Shown here: positions 24,061-39,251 of the stretch, in pieces
Numbering within the stretch: the stretch's first letter is position 1
Layout: each line of letters opens with the position of its first letter
Assembly: GCA_002269645.1 (NCBI GenBank)
Contig: NIVC01000416.1
Span: 372,001-436,000, forward strand
Length of the DNA: 64,000 bases
Direction of reading: 5' to 3'
Source: Macrostomum lignano
Taxonomy: Eukaryota
Made by a program: the position numbers and the translations under genes
Notes under the pieces: generated by a model
Seen by the model: the letters and a program-made list of their open reading frames with translations, nothing else
Database searches by the model: none
Told to the model about the DNA's origin: nothing

Positions 24061-24299
24061 TCACTCTCATTTCAATTTGGATGACCAAGTAAATCTCTCC
24101 GCTAATACAACCTAATCTAATCTTCTATACAGGCCATCGTGTCCATCGCTTGTCTCCAAGCATATTGCCTGCATCCTGACTTTCATGCATTAAGCATCAA
24201 CACCTAATCAGTGACCCTAACACAGTATTGAATTCAAAACACTGCCTTATGCGTGGGTTACTATCACAGTAAGTGAGCATGAAAGACAAGTGTGTTTTG

Positions 24300-24364
<65 letters not shown>

Positions 24365-24769
24365 AGAGAAGCACCGGGCCCTAGGCAACGAATCGCATGG
24401 ATGAGTTTTCATTATGGATGACTATAACTAGCACAGTGATTAGCAATATGATTGATGGAACCCGGCTTCACACAGGCCGCACAAGCACCAAAGACACACG
24501 AGCCAAATGGAACTGCTCTAGCCTAGCTAAAAGATAGAGAGAGAGATGGATTGAGAGACAGACAGTCTGCAATCTTTATGGGGTACAGAATTGTTTATGG
24601 GGAGGGGTGCCGGAAGAAGTTCGCACTTTAAACTCAAACAGCAGAATTCCTCAATAGCTAATTGGCCAAGGCAGTCTTTATTCAACTTTACTGTGCTAAA
24701 ATGCGAATAAATAAAAGTTTAATCAACTTGGGCTTCTGCTATTGCACGCTTCTAATGGTACGTGCTTTT

Positions 24770-25115
24770 CCCGGTGTGCGCTTATGCTAATGCGCGCTTG
24801 TCCGAGTGCGCGCTTATGCTTATGCGCGCTTGTCCAGTGCGCGCTTATGCCAATGCGCGCTTGTCCTAGTGCGCGCTTATGCTAATGCGCGCTTGTCCGA
24901 GTGCGCGCTTATGCTAATGCGCGCTTATGCTAATGCGCGCTTGTCCAAGTGCGCGCTTGTGCCATCGCGCGCTTGTCCCAGTGCGCGCTTATGCCATTGC
25001 GCGCTTGTCCCAGTGCGCGCTTATGCCATTGCGCGCTTGTCCCAATGCGCACTTATGCCGATGCGCGCTTCTTATGGTGCGCATTTCTAAAAGTGCGCTT
25101 GTCCCAGTGCGCGCT
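24770..25115. repeat. GCGCGC-rich array (alternating GTGCGCGCTTATGC and ATGCGCGCTTGTCC units)
   Basis: direct reading. Confidence 0.85.
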
Positions 25116-25719
25116 TACGGTACTCTGTGCCTGCGCATTGAAGCCAGCAATTTTTTTGCAACAAAATGTACAATAGTAGAGTTCAGAGCACTGCATGCAA
25201 ATGCAACGCACTTTTGATGGATTGATTTCAAGACAGACCGATAAATATGAGATCAAGCCTGTCTGTAATTCACACAGAATCCATGACTTGTCTTCTGTGT
25301 CAAAGGAAAATTCTGTTTGTGTAAAGCCTAACCAACGATTCTGTACATGCCGAGTAGGGACTTCTATCATCTTTCTCTGTGCACCATTTTATCAAGCTAG
25401 TCAATACCCAAATCCTATTTATCCGATAGCAAAAGCACTGATTGATTGTCGTGATTCTTTTTATAATAAACATTCTATGATTTCAGACATTTATTGCTTA
25501 TGTTGTCGCGAGTGCAATAGCTTGTACCGGACTTAGCTCGTATTGCGACAATAATACCGATTATATATATAATGACAAGCACCTATTGGCTGTAACATCG
25601 TCTTCTTACACTCGTAACGTAACGCGTCTTTTCTGTTGTCTGGACAGGACAAGCCTTCCTGATCCTTTTCTGTGTAGGTACTTGTCCTTCTACGGTATTC
25701 CATTTTCTATTGCCCACTC

Positions 25720-28700
25720 TACTGTCTACCCTATCTCTCCTCTATCTCTAATGTTTCCTCTATCTCCATCTATCTCTAATGTCTACTCTATCTCCCTCTC
25801 TCTCTAATGTCTACCCTATCTTCCCTCTATCTCTAATATCTACCCTATCTTCCCTCTCTCTCTAATGCCTACCCTATCTCCCTCTCTCTCTAATGTCTAC
25901 CCTATCTCCCTCTCTCTCTAATGCCTACCCTATCTCTCCTCTATCTCTAATGTCTACCCTATCTCCCTCTATCTCTAATGTCTACCCTATCTCCCTCTCT
26001 CTCTAATGCCTACCCTATCTCCCTCTATCTCTAATGTCTACCCTATCTTCCCTCTCTCTCTAATGTCTACCCTATCTCCCTCTATCTCTAATGTTAACTC
26101 TATCTCCCTCTCTCTCTCTAATGCCTACCCTATCTCTCCTCTATCTCTAATGTCTACCCTATCTCCCTCTATCTCTAATGTCTACCCTATCTCCCTCTCT
26201 CTCTAATGCCTACCCTATCTCCCTCTATCTCTAATGTCTACCCTATCTTCCCTCTCTCTCTAATGTCTACCCTATCTCCCTCTATCTCTAATGTTAACTC
26301 TATCTCCCTCTATCTCTAATGCCTACCCTATCTCCCTCTCTCTCTAATGTCTACCCTATCTCCCTCTCTCTCTAATGCCTACCCTATCTCCCTCTCTCTC
26401 TAATGTCTACCCTATCTCCCTCTATCTCTAATGTTAACCCTATCTCCCTCTATCTCTAATGCCTACCCTATCTCCCTCTATCTCTAATGTTAACTCTATC
26501 TCCCTCTATCTCTAATGTCTACCCTATCTCCCTCTATCTCTAATGTCTACCCTATGTCCCTCTATCTCTAATGTCTACCCTATCTCCCTCTCTCTCTAAT
26601 GTCTACCCTATCTCCCTCTATCACTAATGTCTACTCTATCTCCCTCTATCTCTAATGCCTACCCTATCTCCCTCTATCTCTAATGTCTACCCTATGTCCC
26701 TCTATCTCTAATGTCTACCCTATCTCCCTCTATCTCTAATGTCTACCCTATCTCCCTCTATCTCTAATGTCTACCCTATCTCCCTCTCTCTCTAATGTCT
26801 ACCCTATCTTCCCTCTATCTCTAATGTCTACTCTATCTCCCTCTATCTCTAATGCCTACCCTATCTCCCTCTATCTCTAATGTTAACTCTATCTCCCTCT
26901 ATCTCTAATGTCTACCCTATCTCCCTCTATCTCTAATGTCTACCCTATCTCCCTCTATCTCTAATGTCTACCCTATCTCCATCTATCTCTAATGTCTACC
27001 CTATCTCCTCCTCTCTCTAATGTCTACCCTATCTCCCCCTCTCTCTAATGTCTACCCTATCTCCCCCTCTCTCTAATGTCTACCCTATCTTTCCCCTCTC
27101 TCTAATGTCTACCCTATCTCTCCTCTATCTCTAATGTCTACCCTATCTCTCCTCTATCTCTAATGTCTACCCTATCTCCATCTATCTCTAATGTCTACCC
27201 TATCTCCCTCTATCTCTAATGTCTACCCTATCTCCCTCTATCTCTAATGTCTACCCTATCTCCCTCTATCTCTAATGTCTACCCTATCTCCCTCTATCTC
27301 TAATGTCTACCCTATCTCCCCTCTCTCTACTGTCTACCCTATCTTCCCTCTATCTCTAATGTCTACCCTATCTCCCTCTATCTCTAATGTCTACTCTATC
27401 TCCCTCTATCTCTAATGTCTACCCTATCTCCCTCTATCTCTTATGTCTACCCTATCTCCCTCTATCTCTAATGTCTACCCTATCTCCCTCTATCTCTAAT
27501 GTCTACCCTATCTCCCTCTATCTCTAATGTCTACCCTATCTTTCCTCTATCTCTAATGTCTACTCTATCTCCCTCTATCTCTACTGTCTACCCTATCTCC
27601 CTCTATCTCTAATGTCTACCCTATCTCCCTCTATCTCTAATGTCTACCCTATCTCCCTCTATCTCTAATGTCTACCCTATCTCCCTCTATCTCTAATGTC
27701 TACCCTATCTCCCTCTATCTCTAATGTCTACCCTATCTCCCTCTATCTCTAATGTCTACCCTATCTTCCCTCTATCTCTAATGTCTACCCTATCTCCCTC
27801 TATCTCTAATGTCTACCCTATCTCCCTCTCTCTCTAATGTCTACCCTATCTCCCTCTATCTCTAATGTCTACCCTATCTCCCTCTCTCTCTAATGTCTAC
27901 CCTATCTTCCCTCTATCTCTAATGTCTACCCTATCTCCCTCTCTCTCTAATGTCTACCCTATCTCCCTCTATCTCTAATATCTACCCTATCTCCCTCTAT
28001 CTCTAATGTCTACCATATCTCCCTCTATCTCTAATGTCTACCCTATCTTCCCTCTATCTCTAATGTCTACCCTATCTCCCTCTATCTCTAATGTCTACCC
28101 TATCTCCCTCTATCTCTAATGTCTACCCTATCTCCCTCTATCTCTAATGTCTACCCTATCTCCCTCTCTCTCTAATGTCTACCCTATCTCCCTCTATCTC
28201 TAATATCTACCCTATCTCCCTCTATCTCTAATGTCTACCCTATCTCCCTCTATCTCTAATGTCTACCCTATCTTCCCTCTATCTCTAATGTCTACCCTAT
28301 CTCCCTCTATCTCTAATATCTACCCTATCTCCCTCTATCTCTAATGTCTACCCTATCTCCCCCTATCTCTAATGTCTACCCTATCTCCCTCTATCTCTAA
28401 TGTCTACCCTATCTCCCCCTATCTCTAATGTCTACCCTATCTCCCTCTATCTCTAATGTCTACCCTATCTCCCTCTATCTCTAATGTCTACCCTATCTCC
28501 CTCTATCTCTAATGTCTACCCTATCTCCCTCTATCTCTAATGTCTACCCTATCTCCCTCTATCTCTAATGTCTACCCTATCTCCCCCTATCTCTAATGTC
28601 TACCCTATCTCCCTCTATCTCTAATGTCTACCCTATCTCCCCCTATCTCTAATGTCTACCCTATCTCCCTCTATCTCTAATGTCTACCCTATCTCCCTCT

Positions 28701-28985
28701 ATCTCTAATGTCTACCCTATCTCCCTCTATCTCTAATGTCTACCCTATCTCCATCTATCTCTAATGTCTACCCTATCTCCCCTCTCTCTACTGTCTACCC
28801 TATCTCCCTCTATCTCTAATGTCTACCCTATCTCCCTCTATCTCTAATGTCTACCCTATCTCCCCTCTCTCTACTGTCTACCCTATCTCCCTCTATCTCT
28901 AATGTCTACCCTATCTCCATCTATCTCTAATGTCTACCCTATCTCCCCTCTCTCTACTGTCTACCCTATCTCCCCCATCTCTCCT
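25720..28985. repeat. 28-bp satellite, about 3.2 kb
   Basis: TCTAATGTCTACCCTATCTCCCTCTATC tandem. Confidence 0.97.
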
Positions 28986-29739
28986 TTTCTCTCCTCCAAC
29001 TTTAAGCCAAGACATACAAACAGGTTATATAACGATCCTTATATCGAACTAGAAACGTCAGGTGCAAATGCGTTAACCTTTACAGCTACCCTTAGCAGAA
29101 AGCCCCCAGAAATTAGGGGTATCTTCTAGCCCAACTCGAACAACTTAATCTCCTATTCTTCTGGATTTTCATCTGAGATCTGAGAATTCTAGAGTAAGGC
29201 CCAGCAGTCAGATAGGCAACTCTTAGGCAAACAAAAATGCGAGCATGCACATGTATCCCAGAGACAAATCTGTGACACAATTTTATTATTATTAAACCTG
29301 GCCAGAGTGCTAATCAAATAATTCACAGCCTGTTTGCGCTCAAACAGAATAGCTTTATTACAGGAGCTGACCAGATGCGCACACTTCTCGGTAATAAATT
29401 AATCCGATCATGCCAGACTTAGACAAGGGGGGAGAGGAAGCGCAGAGAGACGGGAGGCTGCCGGATTGTTATTTGCTTTAATTAAGGTGCCACGTCAGAC
29501 CAGCTGCTTATCCGACTCTTGTAAAATGAGTGGCTGAGGCCGGAGCGACCAGCTTCCGCCACGCAGACAGACAGGGGGCAGGAGAGACTGCAGAGATGCA
29601 GGGAGCGGGATGGGGCCGCTCGGGTGCTAAAACATGTACAGGGCGGCAGTGAGGGAGGGGAGTGACTGGGATCAGGACAGAGTGGCAGATAGACGGGGAA
29701 AGTGGGAGATGTGAGAGGGGCAGTGTGAGAATGATTTTT

Positions 29740-30775
<1,036 letters not shown>

Positions 30776-31299
30776 TAGAAGCAGAAAAAATATATACATG
30801 TAAGGTAAGGGAAGGTTCTATTATTAATAAATTATAGCATACTTACGAATGCATACTAGCCGAAGTCATATGGGCTCGAGCTTGGCTAAAGAGCAGCAGT
30901 TCTAAGAAAACATTTGGCTAAATACGCAAATCAAATCGAAGATGGAAGGGACAGAGGGGCTCTGAGACAGCAGAAGTCAGGCCCTAATGGACTGCAGCCG
31001 GGCTAGAAAATTGGGCCAACAAATCCCGGGAAAAATTCGATTGAATCGACAATTGGAGCACACAGTGGCTGATGCTCAGAGCTGATTTGCGCTGCCGGGA
31101 GCATTTGCCGGTAATGCTGACTAGCCATGCCTGCCACTGTTCGCGTTGCAGCTGCTGTGCTTAGAATTAGATGCTGCACCGGCTGGTAGTTTATTGCACT
31201 GCTAGAGATCCTCATGACCCTATTCACTCTTCTCCTTTCTACCCACCCTTCCCCTATGTACCCTCACTTCCACTCTCTAACTCCCTTTCCCTCTCTACC

Positions 31300-32725
31300 C
31301 TCACTTCCCTCTCTACCGACTCTTCTCTCTCTACCGACTCTTCTCTCTCTACCGACTCTTCTCTCTCTACACACTCTTCTTCTCTCTACCGACTCTTCTC
31401 TCTCTACCGACTCTTCTCTCTCTACCCACTCTTCTTCTCTCTACCCACTCTTCTCCTCTCTACCCACTCTTCTTCTCTCTACCCACTCTTCTTCTCTCTA
31501 CCCACTCTTCTTCTCTCTACCCACTCTTCTTCTCTCTACCCACTCTTCCCCTCTCTACACACTCTTCCCCTCTCTACCCACTCTTCCCCTCTCTACCCAC
31601 TCTTCTCCTCTGTACCCACTCTTCTTCTCTCTACCCACTCTTCCCCTCTCTACCCACTCTTCTTCTCTCTACCGACTCTTCTTCTCTCTACCCACTCTTC
31701 TTCTCTCTACCGACTCTTCTTCTCTCTACCCACTCTTCTTCTCTCTACCCACTCTTCTCCTCTCTACCCACTCTTCTCCTCTCTACCCACTCTTCTTCTC
31801 TCTACCCACTCTTCTTCTCTCTACCCACTCTTCCCCTCTCTACCCACTCTTCCCCTCTCTACCCACTCTTCTCCTCTGTACCCACTCTTCTTCTCTCTAC
31901 CCACTCTTCCCCTCTCTACCCACTCTTCTTCTCTCTACCGACTCTTCTTCTCTCTACCCACTCTTCTTCTCTCTACCGACTCTTCTTCTCTCTACCCACT
32001 CTTCTTCTCTCTACCCACTCTTCTCCTCTCTACCCACTCTTCTCCTCTCTACCCACTCTTCTTCTCTCTACCCACTCTTCTTCTCTCTACCCACTCTTCT
32101 TCTCTCTACCCACTCTTCTCCTCTCTACCCACTCTTCTTCTCTCTACCCACTCTTCCCCTACCCACTCTTCTTCTCTCTACCCACTCTTCTTCTCTCTAC
32201 CGACTCTTCTCTCTCTACCCACTCTTCTCCTCTCTACCCACTCTTCTCCTCTCTACCCACTCTTCCCCTACCCACTCTTCTTCTCTCTACCCACTCTTCT
32301 TCTCTCTACCCACTCTTCTTCTCTCTACCCACTCTTCTCCTCTCTACCCACTCTTCTCCTCTCTACCCACTCTTCCCCTACCCACTCTTCTTCTCTCTAC
32401 CCACTCTTCACCTCTCTACCCACTCTTCTCCTCTCTACCCACTCTTCTCCTCTCTACCCACTCTTCCCCTACCCACTCTTCTTCTCTCTACCCACTCTTC
32501 CCCTCTCTACCCACTCTTCCCCTCTGTACCCACTCTTTCCCTCTCTACCCACTCTTCCCCTCTCTACCCACTCTTCTTCTCTCTACCCACTCTTCCCCTC
32601 TCTACCCACTCTTCCCCTCTCTACCCACTATTCTTCTCTCTACCCACTCTTCCCCTCTCTACCCCCTCTTCTTCTCTACACCCACTCTTCTTCTCTCTAC
32701 CCACTCTTCACCTCTCTACCCACTT
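31300..32725. repeat. 19-20-bp pyrimidine-rich minisatellite
   Basis: TCTCTACCCACTCTTC(T/C)TC tandem. Confidence 0.95.
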
Positions 32726-33179
32726 TTTTCTTGAGTTCCCCCTCCGCGTCTTAGCTATGACCGTCCATGCACATGTCTATTCGCAGAAATAACGTCCCTA
32801 GTACTCGTAAAACTCCGACAGCCGAAATTCCACTCTGTCTGAAAGCTTCCTAAAGACGGACAGATGGGAATGAATGGCAGCTGGTCACATCGATGGAGGG
32901 ACGTTAGAAAGTCCAAACTAACAGACAGAAATACATGTACATAGATTTAGCCTATTGTAAGGAATTATCTAGATTTTGGCGAGCTGCCACTCCATTTCTA
33001 ACTTTGACAAAATCGCTGCTAGTCTTCGCACTTACTTTGTACTTCCCACCTTTATGAGCGTAAATACATTGGACCCCCACCCCCAAGACCGCAGCCACTA
33101 AATATCACACCTTTGTCAGCCTGTAAGTAAAATTCGAATCTCACAATCTACTTTTCTAGCTTGATTAAATCTTACATCT

Positions 33180-33625
33180 TAGGAATCTCATATCCTCCGA
33201 ATCTCAACCTTTGAATCTCATTCACCCTCTGAATCTCTCACCCTTTGAATCTCTCACCCTCTGAATCTCTCACCCTTTGAATCTCTCACCCTCTGAATCT
33301 CATCCTCTGAATCTCTCACCCTCTGAATCTCATCCTCTGAATCTCACCCTCTGAATCTCTCACCCTCTGAATCTCTCACCCTCTGAATCTCTCACCCTCT
33401 GAATCTCACCCTCCGAATCTCTCACCCTCTGAATCTCACCCTCCGAATCTCTCGCCCTCTGAATCTCACCCTCTGAATCTCACCCTCCGAATATCTCACC
33501 CTCTGAATCTCTCACCCTCTGAATCTCACCCTCTGAATCTCTAACCCCGAATCTTACCCTTTGAATCTCATTCACCCTTCAAATCTCACCATTCGAATCT
33601 CACCCATCGAATCTCACCCTTTGTA
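33180..33625. repeat. 14-16-bp minisatellite
   Basis: CTCTGAATCT(CT)CACC tandem. Confidence 0.9.
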
Positions 33626-34000
33626 TCTCACACCCTCCGAATCCGAATCCGAACCCGACTCTCCCTTTCTCTTCGTCTCCCTCCAAACACCTCGCGCTTT
33701 TCTTGCAATCCTCCTGACCTATTTTTTTTCCTGCGCGTCACTTCTATCTTCATCATTAGTTTAACCTTAGACTTTTTAAATGCCCCTCTCATATTCTCGA
33801 AAAGCAGGGATATATTACTTAGTGGAAAATTGATACCGCTCTTAACCGACCACTCAAGATTTTCAATCGAGCCTGTTCCGCGTTGACTGCAATTAGGCAG
33901 CTCACAGGCCATTATTGGAATTCGGAACTTGAGTAGGGTAAATATTATATTACTAAACAGTATAATTTTTAATGATTCTATTCTTTATGAATTCCATTAG

Positions 34001-34134
34001 AGAGATGACGCGTCCCTTGCCATCAAATTCATTACAGGATCGTCAATAAGAGACAGTGAGGTCGAACTCCTACTTAAATTATCGGAGGGTCCCCATGAAG
34101 AAGTTTTAGCGCTGGCAGGAGGCAGAAAGACTAA
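34001..34134 (+). CDS. Candidate protein-kinase exon (subdomains II-IV); other exons not found
   Basis: ttccattag|...|gtaagg flanks; translates RDDASLAIKFITGSSIRDSEVELLLKLSEGPHEEVLALAGGRKT, fitting VAIK...E..LL..L..HPNIV.L.G. Confidence 0.4.
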
Positions 34135-34745
34135 GTAAGGGCGATTCTGGATGAGTAGGGTGATTTTGGATGAGTAAGGGCGATTCTGGATGAGTAAGGG
34201 CGATTCTGGATGAGTAAGGGTGATTTTGGATGAGTAAGGGCGATTCAGGATGAGTAAGGGCGATTCTGGATGAGTAAGGGCAGTTCTGGATGAGTAAGGG
34301 CAGTTCTGGATGAGTAAGGGCAATTCTGGATGAGTAAGGGCGATTCTGGATGAGTAAGGGCAATTCTGGATGAGTAAGGGCGATTCTGGATGAGTAAGGG
34401 CAATTCTGGATGAGTAAGGGCGATTCTGGATGAGTAAGGGCAGTTCTGGATGAGTAAGGGCAATTCTGGATGAGTAAGGGCGATTCTGGATGAGTAAGGG
34501 CAATTTTGGATGAGTAAGGGCGATTCTGGATGAGTAAGGGCAGTTCTGGATGAGAAAGGGTGATTTTGGATGAGTAAGGGCGATTCTGGATGAGTAAGGG
34601 CGATTCTGGATGAGTAAGGGCAATTTTGGATGAGTAAGGGCGATTCTGGATGAGTAAGGGCGATTCTGGATGAGTAAGGGCGATTCTGGATGAGTAAGGG
34701 CGATTCTGGATGAGTAAGGGAGATGCTTGATGGGTAAAGGCGATC
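34130..34745. repeat. 20-bp minisatellite
   Basis: GGCGATTCTGGATGAGTAAG tandem. Confidence 0.95.
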
Positions 34746-35154
34746 CTTTGGTGGTAAAAATACTAATCACACTAATTTTTGAAGGGTTGAGAGCCATTTT
34801 CAAAACTATTTTTTCATCATATGTTTGTTTTAGTGTAATTCAATTAATTCAGTAATTCTGAATTTTAGGCTACAGCCATCACAAATATTTACAATTCAAT
34901 TGTACAGAAAATGCCATTAAAATATACGAGGCCAGTTTATCCTAACTCTGCAACTTTTGTTATACTATAATGCATCCGTTATGGGCCAAACAGTCTGCAC
35001 TAATTGATTAAATCTGTCAATCACGATTGCCTTTTTTACGTTTATACAATACTGCCCCACATATATCATTATGAAGTTGTAGTGGCCGTATAAGTCTGTT
35101 GGTGAAATGCAGGTCACACACATTTTGCTGCTGAGGGAGTGGGTAGATACCAAG

Positions 35155-35665
35155 TCTACCTGCTTAGTGAGGTTAGAAATTTACTGTTTTATTGGGGCTG
35201 AAGTCCACCAATTTACTGGGGGTAGAAGCCTAGTGATTTGCTAAGGGTAGAAGTCTATCGATTTACTGGGGGGGGGGGGGTAGAAGTCTAACAGTTTACT
35301 GAGGGTAGAAGTCTATCTATTTATTGAGGCTAGAAGTCTGCCGATTTGCTGAGGGTTGAAGTCTAGTGGATCATTGGGGGGGGGGGTAGAAGTCTACCGA
35401 TTTACTGATGTTGACTAAGAATAGAAGTCTACCAGTTTACTGGGGGTAGAAGTCTAGTGGTTTATTGGGGGTCAAAATCCGGTCAATCTATTTATTGAGG
35501 CTAGAAGTCTGCCGATTTGCTGAGGGTTGAAGTCTAGTGGATCATTGGGGGAGGGGGGGTAGAAGTCTACCGATTTACTGATGTTGACTAAGAATAGAAG
35601 TCTACCAGTTTACTGGGGGTAGAAGTCTAGTGGTTTATTGGGGGTCAAAATGTACCGGATTTACA
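35155..35665. repeat. Diverged about 24-bp satellite with a higher-order duplication
   Basis: TAGAAGTCTA..GATTTACTG(G)n units; block at about 35320-35470 repeated at about 35490-35650. Confidence 0.8.
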
Positions 35666-36174
35666 AAGGGCGAGTCTACTCGCTTACTAAAGATGTTGAT
35701 AGGCTAGAATCCTGACTAATCACATGTCTAAATAGTAAATTTCAAACAATCCTTTGCCGACTTACCAACAAAGTGGAAGCAGTCGCAGTCAAACAGCAGT
35801 CTGAGCTAAATTTGGAGGGCCTTAAAAGTACAGTTCCGGATAGGCAAGCAAATCAAAGCATTAAAACCGTTTTGCTTCCAGTGCTAGAGAGACCTGGAAT
35901 CGAACAGAATTGCTTGTTTTATCTCATCATCTCACTAATCACATGAAACCAAACAAACTGGTAGTGAAACGTATAGTTTTGAAGAATTCAAGCACAATCA
36001 AGCAATTTCCTTTCAAAACCCGTATATACTATTTGTATTACTTAAAGTAGTATTGTGAATTTAGATTGTCAATCGAATTTTCGGGTAAAGCAGAATAAGA
36101 ATTTTCTGAACAACTTTATTTCTAATAAAGATTATAGTGATAGAACTATTTATACTGACCGTTAGTGAGAGTTA

Positions 36175-36970
36175 GACGGAATTCCCCAGTGACAATTTTG
36201 TGAGAGGAAGAGGGAATTCCCACGGGGGACGATTCGTAAGAACCAAAGAGAATTCCCAGAGTGACGGTTTGTGAGAACCAGAGGAAATCCCCTATAGTGA
36301 CGATTTGTGAGAACCAGAGGGAATTCCCAGAATGACGATTTGTGAGAACCAGAAGGAATTCCCCAGTTATCAGTATTTCACTAGAGGGAATTTCCCAGAG
36401 TGACGATTTGTGAGAACCTGAGGGAATTTCTCCAGAGTGACGATTTGTGAGAACTAGAGGGAATTCCCCAGTGTGACGATTTGTGAGAACCTGAGGGAAT
36501 TCCCCAGAGTGACGATTTGTGAGAACTAGAGGGAATTCCCCAGTGTGACGATTTGTGAGAACCTGAGGGAATTCCCCAGAGTGACGATTTGTGAGAACTA
36601 GAGGGAATTCCCCAGAGTGACGATTTGTGAGAACCAGAAGGAATTCCCCAGTTATTAGTACTTCACTAGAGGGAATTTCCCAGAGTGACGATTTGTGAGA
36701 ACTAGAGGGAATTCCCCAGAGTGACGATTTGTGAGAACCTGAGGGAATTCCCCAGAGTGACGATTTGTGACAACTAGAGGGAATTCCCCAGAGTGACGAT
36801 TTGTGAGAACCAGAGGAAATCCCCTATAGTGACGATTTGTGAGAACCAGAAGGAATTCCCCAGTTATTAGTACTTCACTAGAGGGAATTTCCCAGAGTGA
36901 CGATTTGTGAGAACTAGAGGGAATTCCCCAGAGTGACGATTTGTGAGAACCTGAGGGAATTCCCCAGAGA
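36175..36970. repeat. 36-bp minisatellite containing GGGAATTCCC
   Basis: GAGTGACGATTTGTGAGAACTAGAGGGAATTCCCCA tandem. Confidence 0.93.
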
Positions 36971-38084
36971 AATGACTTTTGAGTCAGGAAATTTACGACT
37001 TTACAAAGAGGTGGAAGCAAATAGAATTCCCCAAGGGTAGAAACAGCACAGGATGAAAAATAAACTTTTTAAAAGAAAATATACACAAGAACTCACAATA
37101 AAAATTATTGTTTCATGCCATAATTAGATGATTGCCGTTTAAAAAAGAATTTTCCAGATCAGACCGCGTGTTTACCAACTATATATTGTTAATTTAAACA
37201 TTCATTTTTGTCGATTAAACTTGACAAAAAGTTGATATGCACAAAAACAAATATTTTTAATCATATTGACAAAGATTTTGGGGTAATTAGTTTCCGTAAA
37301 AGTCAGGGTATTGTAAATGTACTAATTTCTGTAAATTTACCAAGATGGAATGAAATTAAGTCTCATATTATAAACCCTATGTACTACTAAAATAAATGAA
37401 ACATTCTAGTAAAAATAAAACGATAGAACCTATTTAACCCGTTACCCAAGCAGTTTTAAATACCAATCTAATTATATAATTAGAAGCGAACATTGATACT
37501 TTACTGAGTAGTATGTACTGACTATCCAACCAATAAAATACCATCGCTAGTTAACGGAACCAGCAGATAGATAGCAGTCAGTTTCTTAGGCCACGGAAAT
37601 GTTTTATTGAGGAGAAAAAAATACATCAAACAGCTAATGCTTGAAAACGAATAATAAACAAATAAGTTCAGGAATACGTGACAGACACTACAATGTGGAA
37701 AGCCAGCCTTGAATATTGATGAGTACAATTGGAATCCTTGAATTATAATTGGCATTGATGATCAGGACTCAAGTTAATAAATACGGGTACAAAGCAAAAA
37801 AACCGAATTACAAGACACTGCTCGAATAAAGCAATTATTGTCTGTTCGTAACAATTCGGAATTACATTTCAATTATTGACTTCTTAATTAATTTAAAACT
37901 GCTAACAGCCAATCTGATTATGCTATCAGAAAAAAAACTTTCATGCGCAATAAGGATTTTCATCTACTCTTTAAGAAACACACGTGTACTAAAAATATTT
38001 TGACGAGTTTGCTTCCATATTTTTGACGAGGTTCTGCTGCTCAGCCAAATGGATTTCCCTTGTCGACCCTAGAAATAATGTACA

Positions 38085-38675
38085 CTATACGATAGAGGGA
38101 TTTCCCTGCCCCTAGACAGAATGTACACTAGGAGATAGAGGGATTTCCCTGCCCCTAGACAGAATGTACACTAGGAGATAGAGGGATTTCCCTGCCCCTA
38201 GGCAGAATGTACACTAGGAGATAGAGGGATTTCCCTGCCCCTAGACAGAATGTACACTAGGAGATAGAGGGATTTCCCTGCCCCTAGACAGAATGTACAC
38301 TAGGAGATAGAGGGATTTCCCTGCCCCTAGGCAGAATGTACACTAGGAGATAGAGGGATTTCCCTGCCCCTAGACAGAATGTACACTAGGAGATAGAGGG
38401 ATTTCCCTGCCCCTAGACAGAATGTACACTAGGAGATAGAGGGATTTCCCTGCCCCTAGACAGAATGTACACTAGGGGATAGAGGGATTTCCCTGCCCCT
38501 AGATAGAATCTACACTAGGCGATAGAGAGGGGTTTCCCTGCCCCTAGACAGAATGTACACTAGGGGATAGAGGGATTTCCCTGCCCCTAGACAGAATCTA
38601 CACTAGGCGATAGAGAGGGGTTTCCCTGCCCCTAGACAGAATGTACACTAGGGGATAGAAGGATTTCCCAGCTTT
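38085..38675. repeat. 43-bp minisatellite containing GGGATTTCCC
   Basis: GATAGAGGGATTTCCCTGCCCCTAGACAGAATGTACACTAGGA tandem. Confidence 0.95.
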
Positions 38676-39251
38676 TTAGATAGAATGCAGAACAATGGAT
38701 AGGAAGGGATTAGTCTGTCCCTAGGCAGAATGTACATTATAAGTATAAGATAAGATATATCTACTAGGAGTTTTGATCAAGCGGTGAATAATATCGGGTA
38801 ATTTTAGACTATCCCAACACGTTACAGCAATAAATTTAGCATTAATATATAATTGTAATATACTTTGAATTTAAACATTTGGATTCGGTTTACAATGCTA
38901 GCGAGACAAGATACAATCTAAATTTGAACACCAATTCTAGCCTAACAACTTCACAATGTCCAGCTATATTTAGAAACTTTATCAGCATTGTACTACTGCC
39001 CCCCCTCGTATGAATCTTAGCAAATGTGAATAGCAATCACTCTAATACTCAAAAAGACCCTACAAGCGTAACTGGCAATAAAAACATGCTCATTAACACA
39101 ACACAATAGCGGGAATATAGCATTTATTAACAGTAGATTATCTAGATAAATATATTATCATCATAAAACACAAGAGTAGCGTAAATCCGACACGCGCAAA
39201 CACACAATAAAGTCAACCAAATCCGACACGACGCCGCCGACCACCAGCCCG

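Noticed and set aside
36175-38675. CRISPR-like appearance of 36-bp and 43-bp repeats with palindromic cores
   Set aside because: Units are head-to-tail with no unique spacers, there are no cas genes, and the context is eukaryotic.
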